Part shown: positions 23,559 to 35,981 of the stretch, piece by piece
How positions within the stretch are numbered: the first letter of the stretch is position 1
Layout: each line of letters begins with the position of its first letter
NCBI GenBank assembly: GCA_964252035.1
Contig: OZ176202.1
Reading direction: 5' to 3' (one strand)
Length of the DNA stretch: 64,000 bases
Source: Podarcis erhardii
Taxonomy: Eukaryota
Made by a program: the position numbers and the translations under genes
Notes under the pieces: generated by a model
Seen by the model: the letters and a program-made list of their open reading frames with translations, nothing else
What the model was told of the DNA's origin: nothing
The model's database searches: none

Positions 23559-23967
23559 TCTGTATAGTTAAAGCTATGGTTTTCCCAGTAGTGATGTATG
23601 GAAGTGAGAGCTGGACCATAAAGAAGGCTGATCGCCGAAGAATTGATGCTTTTGAATTATGGTGCTGGAGGAGATTCTTAAGAGTCCCATGGACTACAAG
23701 AAGATCAAACCTATCCATTCTGAAGGAAATCAGCCCTGAGTGCTCACTGGAAGAACAGATCCTGAAGCTGAGGCTCCAATACTTTGGCCACCTCATGAGA
23801 AGAGAAGACTCCCTGGAAAAGACCCTGATGCTGGACAGTGTTCTCGAGACTTGCAGCAAGAGTTTGACCAAACTGCGGGAGGTAGTGGAAGACAGGAGGG
23901 CCTGGCGTGCTCTGGTCCATGGGGTCACGAAGAGTCGGACACGACTAAATGACTAAACAACAACAAC
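23559..23967 (+). mobile_element. Bov-B LINE 3' fragment with a 51-nt internal deletion
   Basis: ORF2 C-terminal translation; perfect 11-bp TSD ataatctgggg at 23548-23558 and 23968-23978; reads KTLML-DSVLE, lacking the 17 codons present in the other copies. Confidence 0.95.
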
Positions 23968-25641
23968 ATAATCTGGGGAATTGAATTGCTGCTGTTTCTT
24001 CATGTGAAATAGTTTACAAATTTCAAGTCAGAGTTAGGCATATTGAAGTTCAGAATTAATCTCTCTCAGCTCCCCTACACTGGGTTACCGTATTTTTATA
24101 TTAAGGGTGGAGGGAATAGGCAACAATTTAGGAAGAGGTGCCTCCGTGAAACTCCCCAGTTATTCCAGCTGAGATGACCCCCTTCCAACTGCATGAAGTG
24201 GACTTAGAATAATAGAACCATAGAATTGTAGAGTTGGAAGGAACCCTGAGGGTCATCTAGTTCAACCTCTGACAATGCAGGACCATCTTGCCCTGAGGAA
24301 CAGTGTGAATGGAAGCAAGAGCCTTACAGAAGAGAATGTCATGAAAAGATTAGACAAGTTAATAGATTTTAGCCACCAATTAGCGTATGACAAAATGAAA
24401 AGCAGCTACTACTGTTATATGTTTTTGAACCCCAATAGTCTGTGGGTTTGGGGCATGCTCATGTATTTTCGCTTTTGAAGTATGTGATTTTAAAAATTGT
24501 TTTACGTTTCACGCTTCAGAAAAGTGGTATACTTTCCCTTTGAAATCAATGGAAGTAAAAAGTGGTTGGAGGATCATGTTCTTTGTACTGTGGTGAAGAA
24601 TGGTTTTCGTACTGCCTACTAATTTATAAGCCATCTTTAGGGTTGTTGTTGAGCTTTTTTAAAAAATTGGGTTGTTTTTTTTTAATAAATAGAACAATTG
24701 CTGAAGGAGAAGTTTGATCTTCCACAGCCTTAAGCTAACAGATCACAACATAAGGAACGTCAACAACTCATTCATCAAAATAGATGCTGTACGATTTGAC
24801 AAAATAAATGGCTAGAATTTTGTAACAGACTGTGATCAATAGAGTGCAAACAAGTTTGCTCCCCACCCCCTTTAATGAAAGCAAAAAAGGTTGCAATGCT
24901 GCCCTTACTGCTTTTAAATAATACAGCTTGGGAAATACACTATGAAGCATATGCTATTCTAGTGAAATTTAGCATTGTGCATGTATTATCAGTAACATTC
25001 ACAGTTGGTTCATAGCATTCTTGTCTGTCAATAAACATTGCTTTGACTGTGCAGGATGATAATTGCTGTGGCTGCACTTTCTTTGGCACCTTCCAGCCGC
25101 CGCTAAATGGTAGTAAAGCACTACTTCTTTATCGTCTGAATGTCAGCTATTCCAAAAATACTGGTGGACTTTAGCATCCTTTTGTATTTATGTCGAGGAA
25201 CATTCACGGCCAGGCAGGTTGCGTCACTACTGTATGTATGCTTTTGCTTTCTGAAAAGTGTTTTCCCACTACTACCCATTTCCCTTTCAAGGAGAGCTGT
25301 TGTTTTGAAACAAGGACATTTTGTTCTGCTTTTCAGGAATGGCACGGACATATATGGATTTGAGAGATCCGGTAACTGGGTTTCAAAGCAAAGCCAAATT
25401 TAGTAAATCGCCATCATCAGCTCTCAGGATAGTTCTATAATTCCTCCCCCCGCCCCCCCAAGCGTATGTAAAACTGACTTTTAAAGTGTTTAGTGGATAA
25501 TGGATCGTGTAAGGTCAGTACTAGCCATAGCTATTATGGCTATTATTTTCTCTTTTCATGGGAGGGTGCTCAGCAAAATGAGATTGTCACACTTCCCCCC
25601 CCTTTTTTTTCTTCTTTTTTGGGCAAAAAAGAGAGGGAGGG

Positions 25642-25781
25642 NNNNNNNNNNNNNNNNNNNNNNNNNNNNNNNNNNNNNNNNNNNNNNNNNNNNNNNNNNN
25701 NNNNNNNNNNNNNNNNNNNNNNNNNNNNNNNNNNNNNNNNNNNNNNNNNNNNNNNNNNNNNNNNNNNNNNNNNNNNNNNNN
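25642..25781. other. N block, 140 nt
   Basis: Run of n; only 43 nt separate it from the next block. Confidence 0.99.
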
Positions 25782-25824
25782 GGGGTGGAGGAGTGCTGGC
25801 CGTATCTGCCTGTGTCCACAGCTT

Positions 25825-25988
25825 NNNNNNNNNNNNNNNNNNNNNNNNNNNNNNNNNNNNNNNNNNNNNNNNNNNNNNNNNNNNNNNNNNNNNNNNNNNN
25901 NNNNNNNNNNNNNNNNNNNNNNNNNNNNNNNNNNNNNNNNNNNNNNNNNNNNNNNNNNNNNNNNNNNNNNNNNNNNNNNNNNNNNNNN
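25825..25988. other. N block, 164 nt
   Basis: Run of n. Confidence 0.99.
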
Positions 25989-27083
25989 ATGCATTAGGAC
26001 CAGGGCTCGCTGCAGGGGATAATGGTTCTGATTGCTGTTGACTCATGTCTCCACCAACTGCCTCATGTAAAATAAGTGACATTTAAAAGGCATCAAAATG
26101 TGAGAAGAGGTAAGCGGGGCGGGGGGGGGGGGGGAGAGAGAGCCAAGCACTGTACTAAACTTGCCACCTGAACACTGAGTCCCTTTTTCACCCTAAGTGG
26201 TATAAAATGATAACTCAACATGCCATGGGTGACCTGCACTAAGCTTTTAACTTCCTGTCTTGTGTTTTTAAAGGAAATCTGTAAAATTGCTTCTGGGAAC
26301 TGCTCCAACATGTTATCATTTATTTCCATTATTATTATTTTTTTATTTCATTGATTCCTCCTTTTTTGCTTTTCTACTTTTGCCCTTGGATATCAGACTA
26401 TTCATCTTTTGAAAGGCTTAAGACAGAATTGAGTTAGGCAGTGGTATACAACAAGAGGCAGGCTGGTCTCTGAAGGCCCATTTAAGTCTATTTTTATTAA
26501 GAGAATCAAATTCCAGTTTACAGTAAGCATATGCTTCAGTTGACATCTGTTTCCAAGACTTGAATGCTTTGTTTGCATAACAGGCACCAATAAATGGCCT
26601 TGTTTTAAGTCTGCTCACTCGGTTGTATTTGGGTTGTTCAGCTGGGGATTTGAGTTGCAGCTGATCCCCTACCGCTCATAGCAGATAGCAAAAGGAAAGG
26701 AGGGGCCAAAAATCTGAGAAGCCCAGTCCTGTTTATTAATGCAGATTTTAACATTCTCAATGAACTACTTAGCCCGTGTTAGATTACAACCAAATCCTTA
26801 TTTGATCAGGCAGGGGAACAGGGCATGCTTCAAAGTAACAGAACCAAAGATTAGAAAAGTTATTTTATTTTTCTTTAATTCCACTGGTGTCCTATTTAGC
26901 GGTGCATAATAGAAACTGGGCAAATCTTTTAACACATATGTACAGAAAAATAATCTCTAATGGAAATATATGAATAAGTGGTATAATATTATGTTTATGA
27001 GCAGGACAGGAAAACCCTGTATCGTTCTGCTCCCTTTTCCATGTAATAAATATATATAAAATTATATATATATAATTATACAT

Positions 27084-27114
<31 letters not shown>

Positions 27115-27174
27115 GGGAGGGGTTATCATTTGCTGTTTTGTTTTACTTATGTACTTTTTTATCCTGCATTTTAT

Positions 27175-27234
27175 TCTGTGAACCACCCTGAGATCTTACA
27201 ATGAAGGGTGGTATAAAAATCAAATATAAATAAA

Positions 27235-27269
<35 letters not shown>
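27175..27269 (+). mobile_element. L2/SINE-type 3' tail followed by (GCAA)n microsatellite
   Basis: tgtgaaccaccctgagatc..gaagggtggtataaaaat..aaataaataa then a (GCAA) run. Confidence 0.55.
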
Positions 27270-27914
27270 AAAACACATGGTTCTCCAATTCTGCTAGAAA
27301 CATTTTTGGATATTGACTGTTGACTGTGTTTGCTCGGGAAAAATAATAATTTACTGTTACGTATATTTATATGATATATTAACATTTGTGATTTTGTGTT
27401 TCGGAGCCTTCTGTGATTTGGCAGTTTTTCTCATGGGTGACTTACTTGTAATAATGCAATGATGTTATTCCATGGTTTGGCCTACCTGATTTTTAGCTGT
27501 AGCATTGGTGTTGGTGGTGCCATAGGCATGGCACTGCCACCAAAATGTTTCATCTTCTGTGAGGCAGAATTAAACTTGCTCTATGCCCTGAAAACATTAC
27601 AGTGTGCATCCCACCAGTGCTACAATGCCCTTTCAAATTCTGTGGATATGAGTTTATGTAATGAGGACACCCTAAGCTGACAGAAAATGAACATGGTGCT
27701 GCCATTGTAATGTGTAGCTCTATCCTGATACCAGTATATTTCAAGCAAAAGCTAAGGACGTGAGATTGTGTATCTAAACTTCCCTCAGAGTAGACCCACT
27801 TGAATTAAGGGCCCTACGTTAGCCATTACTATTAATGACTACTGAGAGAACACACATTGAGATAATTGACTTAATTCAGTCATGTCCATTAATTCAATGT
27901 GTGTGCTCTGAGTA

Positions 27915-28149
27915 CAGTCATACCTTGGTTTTCAAACAGAATGCGTTTCGGAAGTCCGTTCGACTTCTGAAACGTTCGGAAACCAAGGCACGGCCTCCGA
28001 TTGGCTGCAGGAGCGACCTGAAGCCAATCAGAAGCTGCGCCAGATGTTTGCCTTCTGAGGCGAAGTTTGCAACACCTACTTCTGGGGTTGTGACATTCGA
28101 GTTCCCAGTTGTTCGTGAACTAAGCTGTTCGAAAACCAAGGTACAACTG
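27915..28149. mobile_element. pogo/Tigger-like MITE, 235 bp
   Basis: TIRs cagtcataccttggttttc / gaaaaccaaggtacaactg; TA on the left, TG (probable mutated TA) on the right; internal similarity to 15362-16116. Confidence 0.8.
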
Positions 28150-28648
28150 TGTGGCATTGTTGGATACAATTTATAGTTGGTTGGGGCACCTTATGCAGAG
28201 TTGTGCTCTATAATCCCTGAAGACAAACCAATTTGGAATCTGCTTCCTGTGTGATGCTATTAATTTTCTGGTGTTCATCTGGACTAACGGGATTTGGCAT
28301 GGGTCTTGACACCGCTCTTCTATTTTACAAGTTTTGGGTGCTGCGAATTAGTCTGCTTAATGCCTGACAATTGCTCCACCTGGAAACCTCCTTTGAATCC
28401 TGAACCTCTTTTCCTTCCTCCCCTTCACCTCCTTCCTCCAAACTATTATATAGGGCTCTGTGATAGTTTGCTGAGTGCATGGTGTGTGTTTTTTCTCTCA
28501 AGTGGATTTACTTATCAGGTTTTTCTAGTGGTAGCAACAACAGTAGTGGGAAATGTATCTCTCCCATTTACTCTTATCCAATACTCCTACTTTCTTTTCC
28601 CCCCTTTAATTTTTATATATGGTAAAAATTTCATTGAAGAGAGGTTTT

Positions 28649-28852
28649 NNNNNNNNNNNNNNNNNNNNNNNNNNNNNNNNNNNNNNNNNNNNNNNNNNNN
28701 NNNNNNNNNNNNNNNNNNNNNNNNNNNNNNNNNNNNNNNNNNNNNNNNNNNNNNNNNNNNNNNNNNNNNNNNNNNNNNNNNNNNNNNNNNNNNNNNNNNN
28801 NNNNNNNNNNNNNNNNNNNNNNNNNNNNNNNNNNNNNNNNNNNNNNNNNNNN
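28649..28852. other. N block, 204 nt
   Basis: Run of n. Confidence 0.99.
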
Positions 28853-29016
28853 TGGTTGATGAGATTCCCCTATCTTGGCATTTTGGAGGCAGACAACTGA
28901 GCTATCACAGTCTCGGAGAAATACCAAAGGCGAGATTTCATTCCTATTCCAGACAGCAGACAATCCACATAGTCTCAGAAAAGAATACATAGTAAATTAC
29001 CTTTTTCAATATCATG

Positions 29017-29048
<32 letters not shown>

Positions 29049-29797
29049 AAATTGTATATATTTTGCTTGATTTTCCCCCCATCCTCTCTCTGAAACAACA
29101 GAATTTTCATTATTTATTATGATTGAATTTTCAGCACAAAACAGCAGTGTGGAACATTGTTGTTGGCTGCTAATTGCAAGAGATGGAACCCAAAGTGTCA
29201 GAATTAATAGGAATAATATTTCCCCTATTATTAAAGGGGGATCAATTCAACGACAGCAGAAAAGTTTATGACAGTGAAATAGAGAGGTCTGTTTAATCAT
29301 GAAGAAAGGAACTTAGTTTTCAGAAGAATGGACACCCGTCTTTTCATTTTAAAACCAGAAACTCATTTAGAGAAGCATAACCTAACTGTCAAATGATCTT
29401 GTCTGCTAAATAGTTGAGGTACACAAGGGTATCATAATATTCCACGACCTTATGGGGATGAGATCTGTATAAAATAAGGAGTCATACACTCTGCTATTGC
29501 TAGAGTTCAGAGTGTGTTTCTAAGATGGCAAGGAATTCAAAAGCCTGATTCTGCAATTACTGTTAACGTAAAAAACAACACATACAGCAAGATGTTTCAC
29601 ATTTCCAGGCTTGTAAAGCTATAATGTGGAAAATAAATTTTTTTTTGTAACTGAGAGTCAGTGTGATTCTTTTGAATCCTGAAGAAAAAAATAAAGCAGT
29701 CTCAGTGGATGCTGAGTCTGTAATCGTATATCCACTTACCTGGGAATAAACGCTGCTGAATTCAATGGGACTTACTTCTGAGTAGACATGTACCGTA

Positions 29798-30054
29798 CAG
29801 TGGTAGCTCGGGTTACATACGCTTCAGGTTACATACACTTCAGGTTCAGACAACGCTTCTGGGTTGACTCCGCTAACCCGGAAATAGTACCTCGGGTTAA
29901 GAACTTTGCTTCAGGATGAGAACAGAAATCATGCTCTGGCGGCACGGCAGCAGCAGGAGGCCCCATAGCTAAAGTGGTGCTTCAGGTTAAGAACAGTTTC
30001 AGGTTAAGTACGGACCTCTGGAATGAATTAAGTACTTAACCCGAGGTACCACTG
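29798..30054. mobile_element. pogo/Tigger-like MITE, 257 bp, nested in a short palindromic MITE (about 29721-30068)
   Basis: TIRs cagtggta(g/c)ctcgggtta / taacccgaggtaccactg with TA flanks; host reads ..ttcaatgggacttacttctgagtagacatgta[insert]taggattgca. Confidence 0.9.
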
Positions 30055-30950
30055 TATAGGATTGCAACCTGTAACTATGCAATCCTATGTATGTTTGCTA
30101 TCTTCAGCGAATCTTCCTTCCAGGTCTGGGAAGTTTTGCAGATAGAGACTGCTTAACTCTCTCCTGCCTGTCTCTTTTCAGCTCAAAAATTACTCTCCCC
30201 AACCATCTGTCTTGCTGGGGAAACACAGAATCCCCATGTTTTCTACATCTCCCTCCAAGGGTGGAAAAGCAGCTTGGATAGAGCAGTTTTGTGCTGGAAA
30301 CTGATTTCCAAGCAATGAGTTAAGTAGCCACTTCTTTGGGCCAAGCTATGCATTGCATTAAAAGTGCAGTGTGGCCAATCTTTTAAGGAAAGTGTTAAAT
30401 GGCAGCTGTGGGGATCACCTCGGATCAGGACAACAGCATAACTAGTTGATCTTTCTACCTGATTCCAAGTTCCTAACAACCCCCACTTCTAAACTGTCAT
30501 TTGCACTGGGAAAGAAGTTACTCCTGGCACCAGTGGCAGCTTCTCACCTAACACCAATAGCAGGTGGGAGCGAACAATCTTCATTGAGATGTTGGCATGG
30601 GAGCGAAGCGTTTTAAAAGCCCTTCACTCACACTGCAATCCACTGCTATTCTATTTTGGCCCTTCATCTACCCAGACTACTTTGGCTTAACTTATTATTG
30701 ATACGATGAATGAGTCAAGCCTTTAATAATGGTTTAATACTTGTCTTCTACTATCACATTTACTTTGACAGTCAGCCATGAATTTCAGTTTCAGGCCAGT
30801 CTACCTCACATGACTGTGGTGAGGATCAATGGAGAAAATGACAGCATACACTGCTCTGAGTTCCTTAGAATGATGGGAAATACGTAGTATCTTCTAGCTA
30901 ATGTTAAGTGTACTAAAGCATACCTTCTAGATTTTAAGAACTCTCTAAAC

Positions 30951-31110
30951 CAAGGATTCCCAAACTGTGGTCTGTAGAGCTTTATTCAGGTGGTCCGTGG
31001 CATGTCCATATTAAATATTCATATTAATTTTAATTGTATTTTATTGTATTAAAGTTTGTATTCAGTGGAATGCAATTTTTAATACAATATAGTACATAAA
31101 AGAAGCAATG
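30951..31110. mobile_element. One end of a hAT-like non-autonomous element
   Basis: caaggattcccaaactgtggtc..ggtccgtgg terminus followed by AT-rich interior; other end not found. Confidence 0.4.
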
Positions 31111-31122
31111 AAAATACACTGC

Positions 31123-31677
31123 TTCAGATATACAGGCCAAGGCCATTTAGGGCTCTAAAGATAAGCACCAGCACTTTGGATTGCGCTCAGAAATGTACTG
31201 GGAGCCAATGTGAGTCTTTCAGGACTGGTACTATATGGTCTCGGCGGCTGCTCTTAGTCACCAGTTTTCAAAGTTAGCCCCATGTAGAACACATTGCAGT
31301 AGTCTAAGCGGAAGATAACCAGAGCATATACCACTCTGGCATGACAGTGCACAGGCAGGTAGGGTCTCAACTGGCATACCAGATGGAGCTGGTAGACAGA
31401 TGCCCTGGACACAGAATTAACCTGTGACTCCATGGACAGCTGCGAGGCCAAAATGACTCCCAGGCGTCACACCTAGTCCTTCAGGGGCACAGTTACCCCA
31501 TACAGGACCAGGGAGTCCTCCACACTTGCCTGCCCTCTGTCCCCCAGAAACAATACTTCTGTCTTGTCAGGATTCACCCTCAATCCGTTAGCTGCCATCC
31601 ATCTTCCGACCGCCTCCAGGCACTCACACAGGACATTCACCACCTTCACTGGTTCCGATTTAAAAGAGAGGTAGACC
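31123..31677 (-). mobile_element. L2 LINE ORF2 fragment (post-RT region)
   Basis: Translates to WMAANGLRVNPDKTEV..LGVILASQLS..RLDYCNVFYMG..HWLPV, typical L2 motifs. Confidence 0.88.
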
Positions 31678-31790
31678 TTCCGTTGTGAGAACAGAAGCAA
31701 AGCATTCATTCAGCTTTTCTGAAATCTCCATAATCTTCTTTAGCACACCTTTGACTCCCTTGTTAGCCAATGGTTCAACACACTTACATC
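31678..31790 (-). mobile_element. CR1 LINE ORF2 fragment
   Basis: EISEKLNECFASVLTTE resembles the CR1 motif AE.LN.FFASVFT.E. Confidence 0.6.
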
Positions 31791-33935
31791 TCGCACCAGG
31801 ACACCACTTAAGTCTAGGGTTGCTTAGTGTTCTAGGACACAATTGTTTAAGGCATCAATAAATTTTACCTCTTTGTCATGACTGGAACACACACACACTT
31901 ATATTCAGATGTGTAAATGACCAACTAAGGTGACCTTAGGAAGATATCCAATTTGCTACTTTAGAGGGGTCCTATAGAAGGGTGTTTTTTTAATTATTAT
32001 TATTCCAACACCAATTTGTATACAGAGCAGAGATTTAGGGGTGAGAAGAGGCTTATGTGAAGCTCGGCAAACTAGAACTGCTCATCTCCAAATACTCAAG
32101 ACTTAGAGCCCCTCGCCCAGCCACTGAGTCAACCAACATGAGTAAAGTTGGCTAGCTCCATGGCTGCTATGCCGAGCAAGAGGACTGTGTTCCCTTTTCC
32201 ACATAGGACATACTTGCCAAGGATTGAGATCTCATCTATTGCTCTATATGGACTTCAGCCACAGTCTAGAAAGAGAGCATAGAAGACTGTATGATTATTA
32301 CTGAGCTAACGATACTAACAGACTTTATGGGGCAGGAGAATATAAGTGTCATTTGGCATGAGAAGAGAGCATCTAGGGTGCTACCATCTTACTCAAGGGG
32401 CTTCACTCTGTCCTTCACAATGATAATTTACCAACCTGTGCCTGGTGGCTGTACCTGGTATGCAGCCAGGTTGTTCGATCCAAGTCCCAAACATAGAGCA
32501 GGCTGCTGAAACCCCCATTGCAACAGATCAATGCACTTTTTATGGATGTGTAAGCTACTTTGTGAAGAGCTCCCTAAAAGTGGATTATAAATTTGTTTAA
32601 ATAAAACCTATTTCTGTGCATGTATCCCTGTTGCTAGATTGTAGTTAGTCGGAAACAATATTTGACTTACACTTGGGGGGGGGGATGCGATTAGAACACA
32701 ACCCTATGTGCACAATAGGGAGTATTATTTACCATTTATTGCCTCCAAAAATGAAGGTGCAAAGGGAAAAGCCAGTAAATTTGAAAAGTTAGATGTCTGT
32801 TTTGACCAGGATTTAAATAATTGGAACTGTATTCATCAGCTATTAAGATTGTTGGTAAGGAAAGTAGTTATTTACCTGAACGCTTTAAGACATTCTTGTA
32901 ACTCTGCAGAATTCTCTGCACAGAATGTGAACAAGCATACCTAGAATTCATGACTGCATGTTTAAATGGAAACAGCTATCACTTTAGCTATCATAGAAAA
33001 CATTCCCACTTCACTTCTCAAAATGAGTGCTCATTTAAATCAAATATTATGGGGGGGAAACCAATGGCTAATCCTAAATTCAGGTATACTACCACTCTAG
33101 CTAGGCAGATTGCTAGTTGATCATACTAAGATGCTTCCTTATCCATTATTGGATCTGAAAAAGGAGGATTAAGAATTATCTGACTTCTCCGTTAATGTGC
33201 AAATCATCTAAAAGCTCAGCTTAGAAAGGTCTTAGAATATTGGACAGCACAAAAATAATAACATCTCAGAATTTTAATAGCTTAAATGTACAGCATAACA
33301 ATTCCAAGTGAAATTTAAGTTGATGGACAATAGAAGAAGTAAAATACACACATGAATGTTTCATTGACAGGCTCTAGCTGTATGTATTTCAGAACTGAGT
33401 ATCATGGTGTGATTTTTCTTCAGTTTTGCTGCTGAAAGTTGCTGTATGGGGTGGTTCTTTTTCCTTTCCTCAAACTTAGCAGTTAAGACTGTCAGCTTAA
33501 AACAAATTGCAAATATATTTGGAGATAATGAGTCACGTAATTACAATTGCTAACGTAACAAAAGAACTGGAGCAAAGTATGTAACCCTTCATATTTTTTG
33601 TTATTGTTTCATAGCCTTACGCTTTTCCGTCTGCCTCTGTATGTGTTGCACAAACAATATCAATAGGCTTAAAGGCTGCTCCCCCCCCCCCCCCCGCAAT
33701 TTTGAAGAGAGGAAAAGAGAATATGAAGTAGCAGGCAAGCTCTTAATGCTCCATGTTTGCATTTTTCTTAGAGAGAGAGAGAGAGACCTGTATTGGAGAT
33801 TGTTGCTGCAGTGTGTTTTATCATTCCCATCGCTCAGATACACCCGCTTCCCTTCTCATAAATCTGTGGAAAGTATTTAAAAAGAAAAGAGAAATTGCTA
33901 GTATTTAAAAAAAAAATCCCAAACCCAAAACGCTA

Positions 33936-34324
33936 NNNNNNNNNNNNNNNNNNNNNNNNNNNNNNNNNNNNNNNNNNNNNNNNNNNNNNNNNNNNNNNNN
34001 NNNNNNNNNNNNNNNNNNNNNNNNNNNNNNNNNNNNNNNNNNNNNNNNNNNNNNNNNNNNNNNNNNNNNNNNNNNNNNNNNNNNNNNNNNNNNNNNNNNN
34101 NNNNNNNNNNNNNNNNNNNNNNNNNNNNNNNNNNNNNNNNNNNNNNNNNNNNNNNNNNNNNNNNNNNNNNNNNNNNNNNNNNNNNNNNNNNNNNNNNNNN
34201 NNNNNNNNNNNNNNNNNNNNNNNNNNNNNNNNNNNNNNNNNNNNNNNNNNNNNNNNNNNNNNNNNNNNNNNNNNNNNNNNNNNNNNNNNNNNNNNNNNNN
34301 NNNNNNNNNNNNNNNNNNNNNNNN
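33936..34324. other. N block, 389 nt
   Basis: Run of n. Confidence 0.99.
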
Positions 34325-35806
34325 GCAATTTACATCTACAATAGTACGTAAATTCATAGATCCAGCTTGTTGCTGGAGAGTGAAGGCTGTAATCACAAAA
34401 GGCTTGTTCCCATGTTGTTTAATTTTTAATGATTATTTGAAAACTGGGTAAGGAAAACGAAATCAAAATTCATTCAGTTGACACAAAAAAGGTGGTAAAG
34501 ACAATAATACAGGCAGCCTTGTACAATTTGACAGCGCTGCCATATAGCCTGGATTTCGGAGCATCTATAGTTTTTCACTTGCTACTGTATTTCCGTCACA
34601 GTTCCACAGGCCTTCTTAAGTTTGTGCTGTAAAAGAAATTTGCAGATTGCAAACCATCATGTTTTCCTCCTGGCCGTGAATAATAATGAAGCTGAAAGCC
34701 TGTTGAGATAGAGAGTACCGAGACCATTTTGGCCAAGCTGAAGGTCTCTGCCAGCTGTTTATACATATTTTTCAGTGATCAGAATCTCATAAATTCAGCT
34801 TTAGATTGAAAGAGGGTTGTATAAAAGACAAACAGAGAAGGAAACGTAGAGAGATGTGCTTCAATTTCTCTAGTTTGCTTTGTGTTACGGTACTTATGGC
34901 TATTCCCATGGTGCATGAAGGTGGCAATCTCTCTTTGACACTATTATATATATTTCTTTTGCTTTCTGGTCTAAAACCTGGAAGAGGAGGCAAATGGGAG
35001 GAGTGATCATGTATTCATTGTATATGTATTAAGATTCACAGTGATAAGGGAAAGTACTGCCGAATGTAAAATGAAAGTCTACTAAGGACCATCTTCTGTA
35101 TCTCTACTGAACGTCTACTGAATGTCTACTAAGGCCAATGTGATGCTCTCAAGATATTACTTAACCTCAGCTTCCATCATCCCTAATCACTAGTCATGCT
35201 GGCTGGGGCTGAGTTGTAGTCTGGGGGGGGGGCACCACAATCGCTAGCCCTGACTTAGACTGACCTCAGGGGCTCTTCTCCATGTCTGAGATGCAGCAGC
35301 TGGGAGTGCAGGAGAAGGCCTTTGGGGTCATAGCACCACAGCAGTGGAACACTTTCTCAAGGGAGAAGCCCCATCACTGCTAGCTTTTTGCTGTGCTGCA
35401 AAGGTATCACATAACACCCAAACAGTTTGTGTAGTGGCCTAAATGGCTGGTCTAGAGGAGGCAGTCTAGCCCTCTTTTTCTCTATGGTTTGTCAAAGGAC
35501 TTGGCACAAAGGGAGGAAGTAAATTTGCATCAGCTGTGTGGCCTTATTTGTACTGTAAAGGGAAGACACTAAAAATATGGACCTATTGAGTTGTGTTTCG
35601 CTGCTAACCATGCTTCATGGGATGTGCTTCTTCAGTACAGTATTTTGTTTATGGAATCGTAGTCAACAACTGCTTTGTTGTTTTACCCCATACCATGCAA
35701 ACGATTCTGGAAATATTACAACTCAGTTCCCAAGCCAACACCAAACTTGGAAATATAACATTTAGACCTGGTCTAAGCGGTTCTTGAAACACAGAGGGTC
35801 CTCATG

Positions 35807-35854
35807 AGTGGTGTCCTACAGAACCCCTGGAAATAGGTTCTGTAGGACACCACT
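35807..35854. repeat. Perfect 19-bp inverted repeat with a 10-nt loop
   Basis: agtggtgtcctacagaacc / ggttctgtaggacaccact. Confidence 0.9.
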
Positions 35855-35981
35855 GTAGCAAATAGAAATCAGGAAAGTCAGTATGCACATGGGGAAGTAG
35901 GGTGTTTGTATAAGGATCTTTCATGTTGCCCCAGTGAACCTTGTATTTGTGTTGTGTTGTGTTGTGTTGTGTTGCTTTGTT

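Noticed and set aside
23576-23956. 100-140-aa ORFs at 1.6, 12.8, 20.3, 23.6 and 48.4 kb as host genes
   Set aside because: They are the C-terminus of Bov-B ORF2 or its antisense frames, in truncated copies
25098-25115. CTCF site (also 34530-34550 and 56508-56522)
   Set aside because: Mismatches at core positions; cannot be supported without PWM scoring or ChIP data
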